A DNA stretch of 64,000 bases, taken from NCBI RefSeq assembly GCF_009914755.1, contig NC_060931.1, one strand, 5' to 3'. The first letter of the stretch is position 1. Each line of letters opens with the position of its first letter. Below, one piece after another: positions 26,601-39,870 of this stretch. Made by a program: the position numbers and the translations under genes. This DNA comes from the human T2T-CHM13v2.0 reference genome, Homo sapiens. A model generated the notes under the pieces. The model was not told the origin of the DNA. It did no database searches and worked only from the letters and a program-made list of their open reading frames with translations.

Positions 26601-28114
26601 AGAAGATAGAATGAATAAACATTACACACCAGATTGCTGATAGGTTAGAAGCATGCACTGAGTGTTAATTTTATTAAAACAAATAATAAATAATATCAGG
26701 CTTTAACCTAGCTTAGAGTATTATGATTGAATTGAGGACCAGAAATAATAACCTAGGGAAGTGGGCAAATAGGATTAGTGCAGTCCACCACATAGATTTA
26801 AATATTCCAAAATATTAGTGAAAATATTGCCAAATGCAATAAATCCATTAATAGAATAATGTTAGTTGATTATTAGAATCACAATCTAATGACATCATGG
26901 AAAAATGAATCTAAATGTATTAGAGGTGATTTAGCTTACCTCACCTTGATGGTGAATTGTTTCTTTAATTTACTCTATAGTCTTGCAAATAATTTAACTC
27001 TGTTTCTCAATTCTTTCTACTTAAATATATACTAATTTCAGGGAGTTTATGGAAAAATGGAAAATGATTAAGTAACTAAGTTTTTAAATGTGGCAGTCAA
27101 TTGAATTTCTCATTTTATAGATAAAATATAAAAAATCATAACACCATCTGTCTCAATTAGCACAAGTCCAGCAAGCAAATAAAATAAAAATAAGCAAATA
27201 AATAAATAAATAAATATATTTTGCAGGAGGGAAAAAGATATACCCAATTGGATTTCATGGTATGACAGCAGTCATTTATAGTGGACAATTAGGGTACTGT
27301 GGGAGTTACAGGAGTTAGAGGCCCTAATAATTTTAGAGTGAAGTTTCAAACCAAGAGAAGCAAAGGCTTGATTTGTTAAAACAAAGTAAAAAACATGGCT
27401 TATTACGTGTGGTAACTCACCTACTAAGGAAGGGCACACTGATTTTATGTTAATTAGGCAATTGCTGAGAATCTACAATGAGAGAAGTCCTTTAAGGCCA
27501 CTTATCTCCTGAAATATTATAGACATTTATTAGATATGCACTAGTACATAGAGTCATTGTTATCTGCTTGGTATACTGAGCTGGGTTAGAGCACACAGGT
27601 GTTTCAAATTCAAGTGTGGGTGAAAATGACTATAACCTTCACTCAAAGTCACTTTACCTTTGGATTCTTGGAGGTCTTCAAGTAAACAAATTAAAGTTAT
27701 AAACCAGGTAATAAAAACAGTGAGTGGAAAAGTTTCCCCATTGCCTACCTTATGACTCAAAGAATTGCATCTGAATCTTGGTGATCTTAGCAGGTTATAC
27801 AACAGAGTGAGATACCCGTGAGTTTGAAAATCATGGAACTGTAGGCTCACTGCTGTTATACTTGAGCTATATCAGCACTCCGCAACAACTTTTAAAGCCC
27901 ATCCACGAAAACAGTTTAGCTATTCAGAGAGTTATGGCATCAAGGAGGCCTCATGCATGGTCACTGGGTCTAGAAAATCTTGATATGAGGACACTGGGGC
28001 CATCTCCCACTGTCTCCATTTGTACTTGAGAACTTAGAGAATTTTCACTTAGGTATACATAGAGACATGCCACAAGGATTACAGACTATGACCTAACACA
28101 CCTCCATTTTCACC

Positions 28115-28270
28115 TTTGTCTTCATTTTATAGATGGAGACATTCAAATTCAAGTGGGTTACATACGTGTTTCAAAGTCATAGAGTTAGTGAGAGTGAGAC
28201 CCATTTTCCCCTGCAGTTAGTAAGAGATTTGATTTGGCAACCTTATTTAACCACACTGCAGTACTGTCTT
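28115..28270 (-). mobile_element. MIR
   Basis: cattttatagatggagac...aaagtcatagagttagtgag...ttaaccacactgcagtactgtct. Confidence 0.6.
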
Positions 28271-28364
28271 TCCAACAGATACAAAGATTATCTGCCCTGG
28301 ATAATTGAAATAGTCATCAGACTCTTTGGGCCCATGGAAATGATAGCTAGCCTAATGAAAGAAT

Positions 28365-28520
28365 TCCCTGTATGACTTTAGGAAGGTTCTATGACTTCTC
28401 TGTACCTTAGGTTCCTCATTAGTAAAATGGGGAGAGCAATGGTGCCTACCTCAAGGGGTTGCTGGTAAAGTAAATGAGTTAATAATTAGAAAGCAACTAG
28501 GAGAGGACTTGGGTCAATGT
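28365..28520 (+). mobile_element. MIR
   Basis: tgactttaggaagg...ttctctgtaccttaggttcctcattagtaaaatgggga...cctacctcaaggggttg. Confidence 0.75.
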
Positions 28521-29739
28521 AAGTTGTCTCATGACTATGTGTAAGTGATTATGGCTATGATTATAATGATGGTGGTGATGATGGTGATGATCATTTTTCC
28601 TTTTAGGAATGGAAGGAGAGATTCATTTATCTGTATGCCCAGTCATGGAAAGGAAATAATAATATATATTGTGTCTCGCATATTTTGGGAACACAGGTTT
28701 TGAGTTTGCCAGAATCTCAGGTTCCAGCAATGACTTATAAAGCCTGTCATCGACAAAGGATATAGTTCTGTCAGTGACTGCTACAAATAACTTGTGTTTT
28801 ATGTACCAATAACCACTTTCAACCATCCCTACCAAAGTCAAGTCTCTTGTCAGATGCCCTCTATTTCCCTAATGTCACGTTTCCCTTTTGTGATTTCCTT
28901 TTTCTCTTTAAAATCAATATCAAATATTCATTTTACTTGATTACACTTCTATGAAAATAGATGGAGATAACAGAATATGCTATATCTGATGCTTAGAAAC
29001 CCTTAGGGATTTTTCAGGTCATATTCTATAATCTGTCTCCCCCATTCACTGCAAAGGATTTGAAAAGGCAGCATCTGAAGAAAAACTTCGCATATTTCAC
29101 ATTTTGGCTTAAAGCTAGCCTGCTCTGCTACTGAGAGAATGCTTTGAAGGCTAAAATGTAAATCATTCAGGCATAGGCACATATCCAGAGGTTCTAATGT
29201 TTCTGTAGACGCCTGCTGCTGATAGCTAATAGGTTCTAGTGTTTATTTGTTTCACTCAGCAAGTTCAAATTTTATAAAACTCAATTTACTTTCAACAAAA
29301 CAAGGAACAAAATTCTATGAGAATTCTATAAACTATTGGTCTGGTTTTGTCTTTTCAACTATTATATTATAATAATGACTGTCAGGTGGACATGTACATA
29401 TTTCCGCTCCATGATTCTGATATTTATTTTCATTTTCATGAAGTATATTTGTTTCTAAGTTCACTCTAATAAAACAATATAAACAAGAAATAATTATACT
29501 AGTAACAACTGCCATTTATTCAATACCTTCCACTTAATTGGCTTCCACTTAAACTATTCTTGATTACTTTACATGCATTTTCTGATTTACTTTTTCCATA
29601 AGTTTAATAATCCTTTGAGATGAATATGTATGGCTACTTTACCTTGAAAAATTGAGGTTCAAAGTAATAAAATACTTTCAGAATTACATATTTAGCATGA
29701 ACAGATATGTTCTCACAGCCTCTTAACCAAACCTCTCTA

Positions 29740-30720
29740 CGTCTTGTATGCTCAACATTTATTAATATTATAAAGTGCTGTTCCAGTTTCTAGCCCCCAT
29801 GTTTAAAAATATATTTTACTCTAGAAATCCTCATCAAGTGGTGCCTTTTTTTTTTGAAATGGAGTCTTGCTCTGTCGCCCAGGCTGGAGTGTAGTGGCGC
29901 GAGCCTGGCTCACTGCAAGCTCCGCCTCCCGGGTTCACGCCATTCTCCTGCTTCAGCCTCCTGAGTCGCTGGGACTCCAGGTGTCTGCCACCACGCCTAG
30001 CTAATTTTTTGTATTTTTAGTAGAGATGGGGTTTCACTGTGTTAGCCAGGATGGTCTCGATCTCCTGACCTCGTGATCTGCCCGCCTCAGCCTCCCAAAG
30101 TGAAGTCTTGCCTTTTTCTTCCATCGTCACTGCCCTAATTAAAAAAAAAAAAGGTTTTATTATTTCTAAACTGGATATGCTATTCATACTCCCCAGATTT
30201 ATTCATTTCAACTAACTCTGAAGATAACAGGTGCAATCTTTACTATGCTTTTCTTACTTGTAAGGCTCTTTTCTTCTCTTTAGTTTCCTACAGGATAATA
30301 AGAATGCAGATTTCTTAGCTGACTGATAAGCAACTCATCACTTTTTGTGGGAACACATTGAACACTTCCACCAACCCACCCAGCATCCAAGCTATATTAG
30401 GCTGCTCACTATTTTCATTCACACTACAATCTTTCATGGCTCCGTATAGGGATAGGGAGACACAAAACGTTCCTCCTGGCTGGAGTGTCTTTCTCTAGCC
30501 TATTCCTCCCATCCAAAATATATAACTATTCTTAACCATCAGCTCAAGATATCCCTCCGTGCTAAAATGTAACTGCTAAGCTTTTGAAATGAAACTGGTT
30601 TCTTTCTAGGTTCCCTTAGCATTTTGACACACCTCCACTGTTTCACTGGTTGTATGGCATTAACATTTATCTGGCTATTTATCTGTTAAGTAGATGAATG
30701 AATAAAAATGAATGAATCAC
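29740..30720 (+). mobile_element. L2 remnant (Alu inserted)
   Basis: cactgccctaatt...ggataataagaatgcagatttcttagc...(tgaa)n-type tail near 30700. Confidence 0.55.
29846..30102 (-). mobile_element. AluY, 5'-truncated by about 30 nt
   Basis: AluY diagnostics (gcaagctccgcc, ttcacgccattc); stops at cccaaagtg; flanks aagt..tgccttttt. Confidence 0.93.
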
Positions 30721-31544
30721 AGAATCAAACTTTGTATCACATTATCAAGAAAATACAAGCATTCATATATCAGGAGTCTAGAACTCTGGATCTCGTTCTG
30801 ACATTTCTAGTTTGTAATCTTGGAAAATGTCATTAGCCAGTGTGTGGACTGAGGGTATTAATGCATCGCCTGCCTGGGAGCTGGGGTTTGCAACTGATTT
30901 CTATTCAACATGGCTTTTAGCTTTCAGACCTATAATTCTATGAAACAGTAATTTGAAATAGTCTCTCAATAGGTCATTATCCACAGGAAAAGAGTTATAT
31001 TGAATAATTTTTATCTAAAAAAATCTTTCTGCACCCTGCCTCATCATTTACTTTTTGTTTCATCTCTATTCCAACTCTTTCATTTTGCTTGGGGCAGTCA
31101 TTGTAACATGTTAGGATAGTCACCAAAATGCTGAAAAGAAACACATTTTGCCCCCGGTTAGAATAAGAATCTATTAATGCTTTATCATTCTGGTAGACAA
31201 GCATACATAGGCAATGAGTGAAATGTTGAGCCAGTTCTTGTATTAATCATCTGAAACAGCTAAGGAATTATTGCATATTTCACCATACACAGACTCCAGT
31301 TACTTAATTCTTAATATAATAAATCAGTGATCTATGAATCCCTAACATTATTCCAACTCATTATCAGATCTAAATGATTGTTTATAAAACATATAAACTC
31401 TGCTGATAAAAAGCAAACATAAAATTTCTGGTTTGGAAAATGGCATAACCTATTTGGAATATTTGATTTCTGATTTAGGCAACCTTCCAATTCTATTTAG
31501 CTTCAATATTCCTTGGATTATCTGAGTACTATTATAAGATAGAG

Positions 31545-32066
31545 GCCAAAATACTGTTTTTTAGGTTATTAGTTCAACTGCATAATTGGGAGACTAAAAT
31601 TACCAGTGAATTTAATAAGTCAGAAAGTTATGTCTGCCCTACCTAAACAGCCTATGTAAATAATCCAAGGCTGGTGGTGCCCCTACAATTAATAAAAACC
31701 ATACCTTTCTATTAAATTGTTCTGCCAAACCCACCTTGAGCTTCCAGTTTATAGTGCAAGGGGGTTACTCTGACTTTAGCTAGCCATTCTGCATTGCAGC
31801 CATTGGAAAAAGAGAAAAAAGAAAGTGTTGAAAATAACTCAACTTTAAGGACACAACCCAGTAGTTGTACAAATCACTCCTATCCACATCCTATTAGCTG
31901 GAATTTGCTGAGCATGTGGCTGCACCTTTCCCTGAGGGTGCCTGATAAATCTAGGAATTATGCAAGAGGGCCTTGGGCCCAGTTAATAATTAAATATTCT
32001 ATTACTAAAGGAAGAAAGGGAGAATGGCAAATAGTTGAGAGTCTCAGTTAAAAGCGTAGCCCAACA
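31545..32066 (-). mobile_element. Old MaLR LTR (MLT1I-L-like)
   Basis: cacatcctattagctggaa...catgtggctgcac...ttctattactaaaggaagaaagggagaatgg...ccaaca. Confidence 0.55.
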
Positions 32067-32335
32067 AAACACAAGTGTTCCAAAGTAGAGGCCAGTATGG
32101 AATGAAATAAGCAAGATGTGGCTATAAAGTAAACAGGAAACTTTATCACGAAGGGTCATGTAGGCCATTTTTAAAGACTTTGGCTTTTACTTTAAGTGAA
32201 ATAGGAGAGTAACTGCGGAGTTTTGAACAGGAAAGTAACACAATTTGACCTATACTTTGAAGGATTTCTCTACTTCAGCTTCTTCTCTATGAGAAGACCA
32301 CCGATTTTAAAAGTAACACTTTTGAGATGTATTAG

Positions 32336-33321
32336 TGATAGGGACAGAAGGCAGAGAAATTCTAGGCAGAAAATGGCGAGTCCCCGGTGAAACCCTACCC
32401 TCAGCTGAAAAGCCTGAAACTGCAGCCCAAAGCGAGAGTTTATATCCTTGTCTTTTTGGTCGAATGTTGCCTTTTCCTAAACCACCCATGGCCCCTCCCT
32501 GCCCCATCCTGTGCCTATTGAAACCCCAGTCTCAGTGGGTAGATGGGACTATGGCTGGATGTTGGAGAGAAGCAGCTTGACTTCAGAGGGACAGCTTGAC
32601 AGAATAACTTTGGAGAAGAATCTAGCCAGAGACAGCCAGACTTCAGGGGAAGATTACTTACCCACCTCACCCCCTTTTCAGCTCCTCTTCCCACTGAGAG
32701 CCACTTTCATCAGCAAAAAAAATAAAATAAAAAATAAAATAAAAAATAGTAATAATCCCCTGCATTTACCATCCTTCAATTCGTTAGTGAGACCTTATTT
32801 TTCCTGGATGCCGCACTACCATTCAGGAGCCGCAAGTGTGGATACAAAAGGGTGTCATGCTGATCCTTTGCCCTCGCTGGCAAAGAGCAGCTGCTTCATG
32901 CAAAAAGGCAGAGGGCCCACTGACCAGTTAACATTTAAGCCGCCCGTGGATGACAGAGCTAAAAGAGCACTGTAACATGCCCTCTAGGGGATCGGGGGCC
33001 ACAGGCACCCCCACCTAGATGCTGCCACAGGGCCCACATGGAGTATGCTCCTGCCAGAGCCCAAAAGCGCTGGTTCCAGCTCCTGCATCTACTCAACTGT
33101 GTGCTCCCTCCCACAAGGGGTGGGACACAGTGGGTCCGAGTGAGTGGAGTTCGATTCCACTGCTGCTGACTCAGCTGGTCAACTCCAGCACTCTTGCACT
33201 CCAGTTCCTGCCTTATTCGCTCATGCACTCCCTCCAGCAAGGAGTTGAGAGTGGTGGGCTGAAGAAACAAGGCACCCCTGTCACAAAACCCATGAAGGGG
33301 TCAGGGAAATATCCTGCTCCA
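32336..33321 (+). mobile_element. Solo LTR, LTR28/LTR27-like (ERV1)
   Basis: tgatagggacagaaggcagagaaattctaggcag...ggaaatatcctgctcca; 4-bp TSD TTAG at 32332-32335 and 33322-33325. Confidence 0.85.
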
Positions 33322-33507
33322 TTAGGATGTTTTTGCATGGTCCAGATAAGTGATCATTATAGCTCAGATCATGTTGTCATACTAGAAATAATAAAAGTTT
33401 ACATTTGTATATATATTGAAAATACAGTCAACATGATTATGGAGTGGTGTGAAACTAAGGATGTCTTAATGGTTGTTGGCTTGAAAACCCAGATATAAGG
33501 AATTTCT

Positions 33508-33815
33508 GGCCAGGTGAGGTGACTCACACCTGTAATCCCAGCACTTCTGGAGGCCAAGGTGGGCAGATAACTTTAAATCAGGAGTTTGAGACCAGCCTGG
33601 CCAACATGGTGAAACCCTGTCTCTACTAAAAATCCAAAATTAGCCAGGTGTGGTGGCAGTGTCTGTAATCCCAGCTACTCAGGAGGCTGAGACAGGAAAA
33701 TTACTTGAACCCAGGAGGCAAAGGCTGCAGTGAGCCAAGATCATGCCACTGCACTCCAGCCTGGGTGACAGAGTGATACTCCATCTCAAAAAAAGAAAAA
33801 GAAAGAAAAAACAAA
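33508..33815 (+). mobile_element. Alu (AluSx/Sz-like)
   Basis: Full dimer; TSD aaggaatttc / aaagaatttc. Confidence 0.95.
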
Positions 33816-33830
33816 AAGAATTTCCATCAA

Positions 33831-34121
33831 GGTAGGGCCCAGTGGCACATGCCTGTTATCCCAGCACTTCGGGAGCCTGAGGCAGGAGAATTTCTTGAGA
33901 CTAGGAGTTTGAGACCATTTGGGCAACATAGCAAGATCTTGTCTCTACTAAATAAAAATAATAATAATAATTAGCCAGGCATAGTGGCATGCACCTGTAG
34001 TCTCAGCTACAGTCTCAGGAGGCTGAGGTGGAAGGATGACTTGAGCCCAGGTGTTTAAGGTTGCAGTGAACTATGACTGCACCACTGCACTCCAGCCTGG
34101 GAAACAGAGTGAGACCTTGTT
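33831..34121 (+). mobile_element. AluJ
   Basis: J diagnostics (gggcaacatagcaagat, ttgagcccag, gagacctt); TSD aagaatttccatcaa / aagagttgccatcaa. Confidence 0.92.
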
Positions 34122-34154
34122 AAGAAAGAGAAAGAGAAAGAAAAAGGGAAGAAA

Positions 34155-34198
<44 letters not shown>

Positions 34199-34354
34199 GA
34201 AGAAAGAAAGAGAAAGGCAAAGGAAGGAAGGAAAGAAAGAAGGAACAAAGGAAGGAAGGAAGGCAAGCAAGAAAGCAAGAAAGAAAAAGAAAAGGAAGGA
34301 AGGGAGGGAGGGAGGCAGGAAGAGAGGGAGGAAGAGAGGAAGAAGAAAAAAGAG
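34122..34354. repeat. Polypurine (GAAA)n/(GGAA)n tract derived from the AluJ tail
   Basis: 233 nt with no T and 6 C. Confidence 0.95.
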
Positions 34355-35178
34355 TTGCCATCAAATAGGAGGTGAAAATCTGTGGTTAGAGTAGGTCTTG
34401 TGTATAGGGAATGTCAGGAATTCACTTCTGAATACATTTTGTTTGAGATGCATACATATACAAATTGAGATGCTGAATAGACAGTTGGAAAAATAGGTAT
34501 AGAGTTATGAAGAGACTCCTGAACTTGATGTATTAATTTGGGTATAGAGTGCAAGAAGATGGATATTTAAACTTGTTGGACTGAGATAACATCAACAAAG
34601 GAATAAATAGTAAAAGAAAGGGGTCCAAACTTGTCTCTTGAGGCAAATATTGAGAGTAAAACCTATAGAGAGAAAACGGTTGAAAAGAGAGAGAGAAGTA
34701 ATAAAGACAAGTGAAGAAAGTGAATTAAGAAAGAGTAATTGAACACCTGTTAAAACCTAATAATTAGCTAAGCAAATAAAAATGAAGGATGGCATTATAT
34801 TCAGTAGAAATTATTGGCAATCTTAAAGAGCTCAGTTTCACCAGGGTACTTGGTGTGAAAATGATTTAAATGGTTGTAAGTGATATTCAGAAAGCAGGAA
34901 TTAAAACAGAAATTGTAGAAAATTTTTTCAGGAGGAAGGAAACAAAAATAGATCAATGGCTGCAAGGGAAGTAGGATATATATGTATAGAAAATAATAGA
35001 GAATAAAAAATACATCATGTATTAGTTTTCTAATCATTATTGTGCTGTGGATCTTAAGCACAATAGCAATGAAAGTAAAAGAAGAGAACAAAACAAGAAC
35101 AACATTGGAAAGAAAGAAACAATCTGTAACTTTTGAAGATATATGGTTGCCTATAAAGAAAACTTAAGTCAAACATTT

Positions 35179-36939
35179 TTGTTATTACAGTTATTATTAG
35201 CTTATTCTTATTCTCTTGTTTTCTGTTATACTAGAATTAAAAATGATTCATGTACCACAATTTACAATATTATATTATGCTGTATTTGTTTATATATTTT
35301 CCTTTACCAGTGAGATTTATACTTTTCTATGCTTTCATGTTGTTGTTTAGCAACCTTTCATTTTAACTCGAATAAATCCCTTTAGCACTTCTCATAAGGA
35401 AGTTCTACTGATGACAAATTACCTGGTTCTTTTTTATTTCTTTTATTCTGGAAAAGTCTTTATCTCTCTTTCAATTTTAAAGGACTTTTTTTTTTCCAAG
35501 TGTAGTATTCTTGTTTGGCAGGGTTTTTTTTTTCTTTTTTTTAACAATTGAATATATCATCTCACTCTTATATCATCTCACTCTTTCTTGGCCTGCATAT
35601 ATCTGTTGTAAAATCTGTGTATATTCGTATGATGTTGCCTTGTATGTGACAAGTCTCTTTGCTCTTTCTTCCTTCAAAATTCTCTCCAACTTTAACTTTT
35701 GACAATTTAATTATAATGTGTCTCAGTATAGATCTCTTTATGTTTGATCTTTTTAGGATTCTTCGGGCTTTATATGTATGTTTGTATTCCTCTACAGATT
35801 TGAGAAGTTTTCAGCCGTTATTTTACTAAATAAGCTTTCTGCTTTTTTATCTTTCTCTTCTCCTGGGAATTTAATAATGAATTCATTTGATGATGTCTCA
35901 TAAGTTCCATGCCTCTGACTGGGTAATTTCAAATGACATATCATCAAGCTTGCAGATTCTTTCTTCTGTTTGAATCTGCTTTTGAAGCACTCTATTGAAT
36001 TGTTCAGTTCAATCATTGTATTATTTAGCTCCAGAATTTCTGCTCAGTTATTTTATATCATTTCCTTTATTTTGTTTAACTTCTCATTTTGTTCATGTAT
36101 TGTTTTCCTGATTTATTCTATTTGTATATCTGTGTTGTCTTATAGCTCACTGAACTCCTTTAAGGCAATTATTTTGAAACCTTTTTCAGGCAGCTCATAG
36201 ATCTCAATTTTTTAGAAATGGTTACCTGTGCCTCATTTGGGTCCTTTTGTGGTGTCGTTTTTCCCCTAATTTTTCATAATCCTTGTGGCCTTGTGTTAGT
36301 ATTTGTGCATTTGATGAAGTAAGAACTTCTTCCAGTCTATACAGACTGGCTTGGAAGGGATACCCCTTTACCAGTCATCCTAGCCAAACATTTTAGGTAA
36401 GACAGCTCATGGGTTTCATGACCAGGACTGCTGGCAGGGTCTATGGACCTGGTGTCTGGGTCCACAGGTGGGCAGGGCTAACACCAAAGTCCATGTTTGA
36501 GAAGTTCAGTTGTAGTTTCTGCGGACAGTAGGTTCGGTGCCATGGTGCCAGGGACTACGGGTGAGCTGGCTCAATGCTGCAGACCACAAGTAGCCTTGCT
36601 ACCCAGGTCCAGTTGGGGAAATCCTGGTGCCTGTGTCCATAATAAAGTCAGATACTCCCTTCACTCTTCTTTTCCCTCACAGAGATAACATAGGCTCAGA
36701 GATTTTTGGGGGTGCTGCACTGTGCTGGCTTGAGGAAGGGGTAACACAAGTAAAATAAAACCATGTTTTCCTGCCCTTTTCACTCATTTTTATTCATTTC
36801 TGTGTTCTACCCAGATGCTTTAACTTCTCACTTGGATTCAGAATTCTATTGAAGGTATTTTCATCTTTGGATGGTTGTTAAATCTGTATTTTGTGGGCAT
36901 GTGAGGGCTGAAAACTCCCACTGTTGCTGAGGTCACTTC
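35179..36939 (-). mobile_element. Old L1 (L1M3/L1M4-like) 5'UTR+ORF1, 3'-truncated
   Basis: ORF1 remnant MIELNNSIECFKSR...ESLFSKITAENFSNL; 5' terminus near gctgaggtcacttc; flanks taagtcaaacattt / taagttgacattt. Confidence 0.8.
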
Positions 36940-37139
36940 TAAGTTGACATTTGGCTCAATTATGTACAAACGACTTGACATTTTGAATCTACGTTTTATG
37001 TGTGTGGCAGAGACAATGCCAGGTGCTCAAAACTTTTAATTTATTTTTCTGAAAATATAGGAAGTCTATATTTCCCAGCACTTCTGGAATATATGTGCAG
37101 CTATGTAACTATATCTGGCCAAAGAGATATATACACACT

Positions 37140-37171
<32 letters not shown>

Positions 37172-37198
37172 CACAACATTTATGGCTTCTAGTTATGA

Positions 37199-37527
<329 letters not shown>

Positions 37528-37673
37528 TGACTTCTACTTTCAAAAGGTCTTTTTTCCTCTCTTCATTAATTTTCTATTAAAATGTGGGTGATCCAGTGGT
37601 TTATTCTGCAGCAGTGCCACTAGATAGAATGAGTCAAAACCCCTGAAATATCTTTACTGAAGTTTCCCCATTC

Positions 37674-37787
37674 ATGGCATTCCCTACCATCCTGACATGC
37701 CAGGTACTAAGGGGTTTCCTGGTATACAGGACTTTCAGTACTAAAACCAGAATAATCCCATGCAAACCTGAACTGCTGTACACCCAA
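37674..37787. mobile_element. MER81/MER94-like hAT-Blackjack MITE
   Basis: ggggtttcctggtatacaggactttcagtactaaaaccag...gcaaacctg...caccc. Confidence 0.6.
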
Positions 37788-39094
37788 CCAGGCATACTCT
37801 ATAAGAAAACAGTGTAAGGGAGAAATATTATTTTATTGTATTAAGCCACTGAGATTTAGAAATTTGTTTTTGTAACAGCAATTAGCCTACCTTTAGTAAC
37901 AGAAATTAATATCTCACAGTGTTAGACTACCAAAACAAACACATTGGCTTAGATAATGAATAATGAGAAAACTGATATCAAGAGCTGGAAAGATGTTGAT
38001 CCATGCTTTCCCATGGGGAAGCTCTTGATAATATTGGCACTATGTTAACATTGGAGGCAGATTACTTGTATTCTAAGCTAGTAACACTAGGATAAGAAAT
38101 CAGAAGTCACTTGTGTCCTCTGTGGTGGTGGTATGTTTTTAAAAATGTAAAGGGCAACTGTACTACAACTTTTGTGAAATGTAGAAAGCAATTTCATTAC
38201 AATGTAAAATGTATATTAAAACCACGTTGCAGCTGCACAAAAAAAGATATCAGGCTAGATTTGTATATCGTATTCATATATATGTAAAACAAATCACAAC
38301 CTCATATGCACAGATTCATAAAAAGTAATATTTTTTCTTGCATCTGTCTTCATTTAAAAAAGATTATGCAGAAAATACATCCATGTGGTATATATAAGGT
38401 CTATAGGCATCCACGTGTAAAGATATATCTTTCCCTTGCTGTCAACCACTGTTTGTCTTCCCCATTTAAAACCTTGGTGTTACATTCCTTTTCTCACTGT
38501 CTTATGTGAATCATTATTAGTTTATCATCAATTGCATTTACGTTTGTGGGTCATTAAGCCAGGCTCTTTCAACTAACTTTTAACTTTGCCAGCATTTTTA
38601 TACCAATAGTACGACAATGAAACCACATAGTACTGTCACGGACTTTGTCCCAGTGAGATACACAGAAAGAGAGGACTGGACAATATTGAAAGAGCACAAT
38701 TAACCCTTTCCAAAATTTTCCTTTTCTATTATTGCACTGTGGCATTTTGTTGCTTGTTATTACCATCTTTGGAAACTATCGCTTGAAAATACCACTTAAA
38801 AACCTTTAAGAAAGTTCTATTTATTATTTGAATGTTTGTGCAAATTGAAATAAAATATGCATTTCAATCACTGTTTGGATCTCTATGTTGTTCATCACAC
38901 AAACCATATTAATGCTAGAGCAGCATCTTTCCAATCTTCCTAGGATAGAGTTCAGCAAGATATATCATTGATTAACTTCCTTATGATTAACTACCTTATT
39001 GTATTCAAGTCTTTTCTAAATTATTATTTTCTTAAGGAATCTTGTACCACAACCCGACTTAATATTGCAATCTCATCCCTGGGAATTTTGGCCC

Positions 39095-39378
39095 TTATTT
39101 TATTTCATTTTATGTTATGTTATGTTATTTTAATTTTATATTTTAAGATGGAGTCTTGCTCTGTCGCCCAGGCTGGAGGGCAGTGACGCGATCTCAGCTC
39201 ACTGCAAGCTCTGCCTCTCGAGTTCACGCCATTCTCCTGACTCAGCCTCCTGAGTAGCTGGGACTACAGGCGCCCGCCACCACATCCAGCTAATGTTTTG
39301 TACTTTTAGCAGAGATGGAGTTTCACCGTGTAAGCCGGGATGGTCTCTATCTCCTGACCTGGTGATCCACCTGCCTCG
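39095..39378 (-). mobile_element. AluY, 5'-truncated, tail converted to (TTTTA/TGTTA)n
   Basis: gcaagctctgcc, ttcacgccattc, ggcgcccgccacc. Confidence 0.92.
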
Positions 39379-39379
39379 A

Positions 39380-39870
39380 TCTTTATTTTTTAATTGATTA
39401 CTAATTTAATTTATTATATAAAGAGACAATATTTTCTGCATGATAACAAATCTTTGAAATATTTTGAGCTTTGCTTTATACCCCAATATATGGTCAATTT
39501 TCGTAAGTGTTCTTTATGCTTGAAATGTATTCTGCTATTGTTGAATATAATATACATTTATCCATAGATCAAATAAATTAATTACATTATTAAAGTCCTT
39601 TTATCGTTAGTAATTTTTTTTCTGCTAAAATATCAGTTACCAGCAGAAGCGTAATAAAAATCTCCCACTCAAACAGGGAATGTTTTTCCTTTTCCCCTGC
39701 AGTTATGTGAATTATTCACACATTTTTGAGACTGATATCAGTTGTATGTAAGTTTTTAGTTTTTGCATATTTGTATTCGTTGAACTTTTATCAGCATATA
39801 GATATCCTCTTTAACTCTAATAATGTTTATTGCCTTTAGATAAAGTCCAATTTTTATGGATACAAAACTT
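39380..39870 (-). mobile_element. Old L1 (L1ME-like) ORF2 endonuclease-region fragment
   Basis: cccaatatatggtcaattttcgtaagtgttc...tgtattctgctattgttg. Confidence 0.6.

Larger units (their letters stand above)
32070..35000 (-). mobile_element. L2 remnant split by LTR28 and two Alus
   Basis: taggccatttttaaagactttggcttttac...; ttttgtttgagatgc...attgagatgctgaatagacagttgg. Confidence 0.6.

Noticed and set aside
32511-33498. 154-aa and 159-aa ORFs
   Set aside because: Derived from LTR28-like and L2 sequence; no protein-family features
34051-34368. Lys/Arg/Glu-rich and Phe/Leu/Ser-rich ORFs
   Set aside because: Translation of the polypurine microsatellite and Alu end
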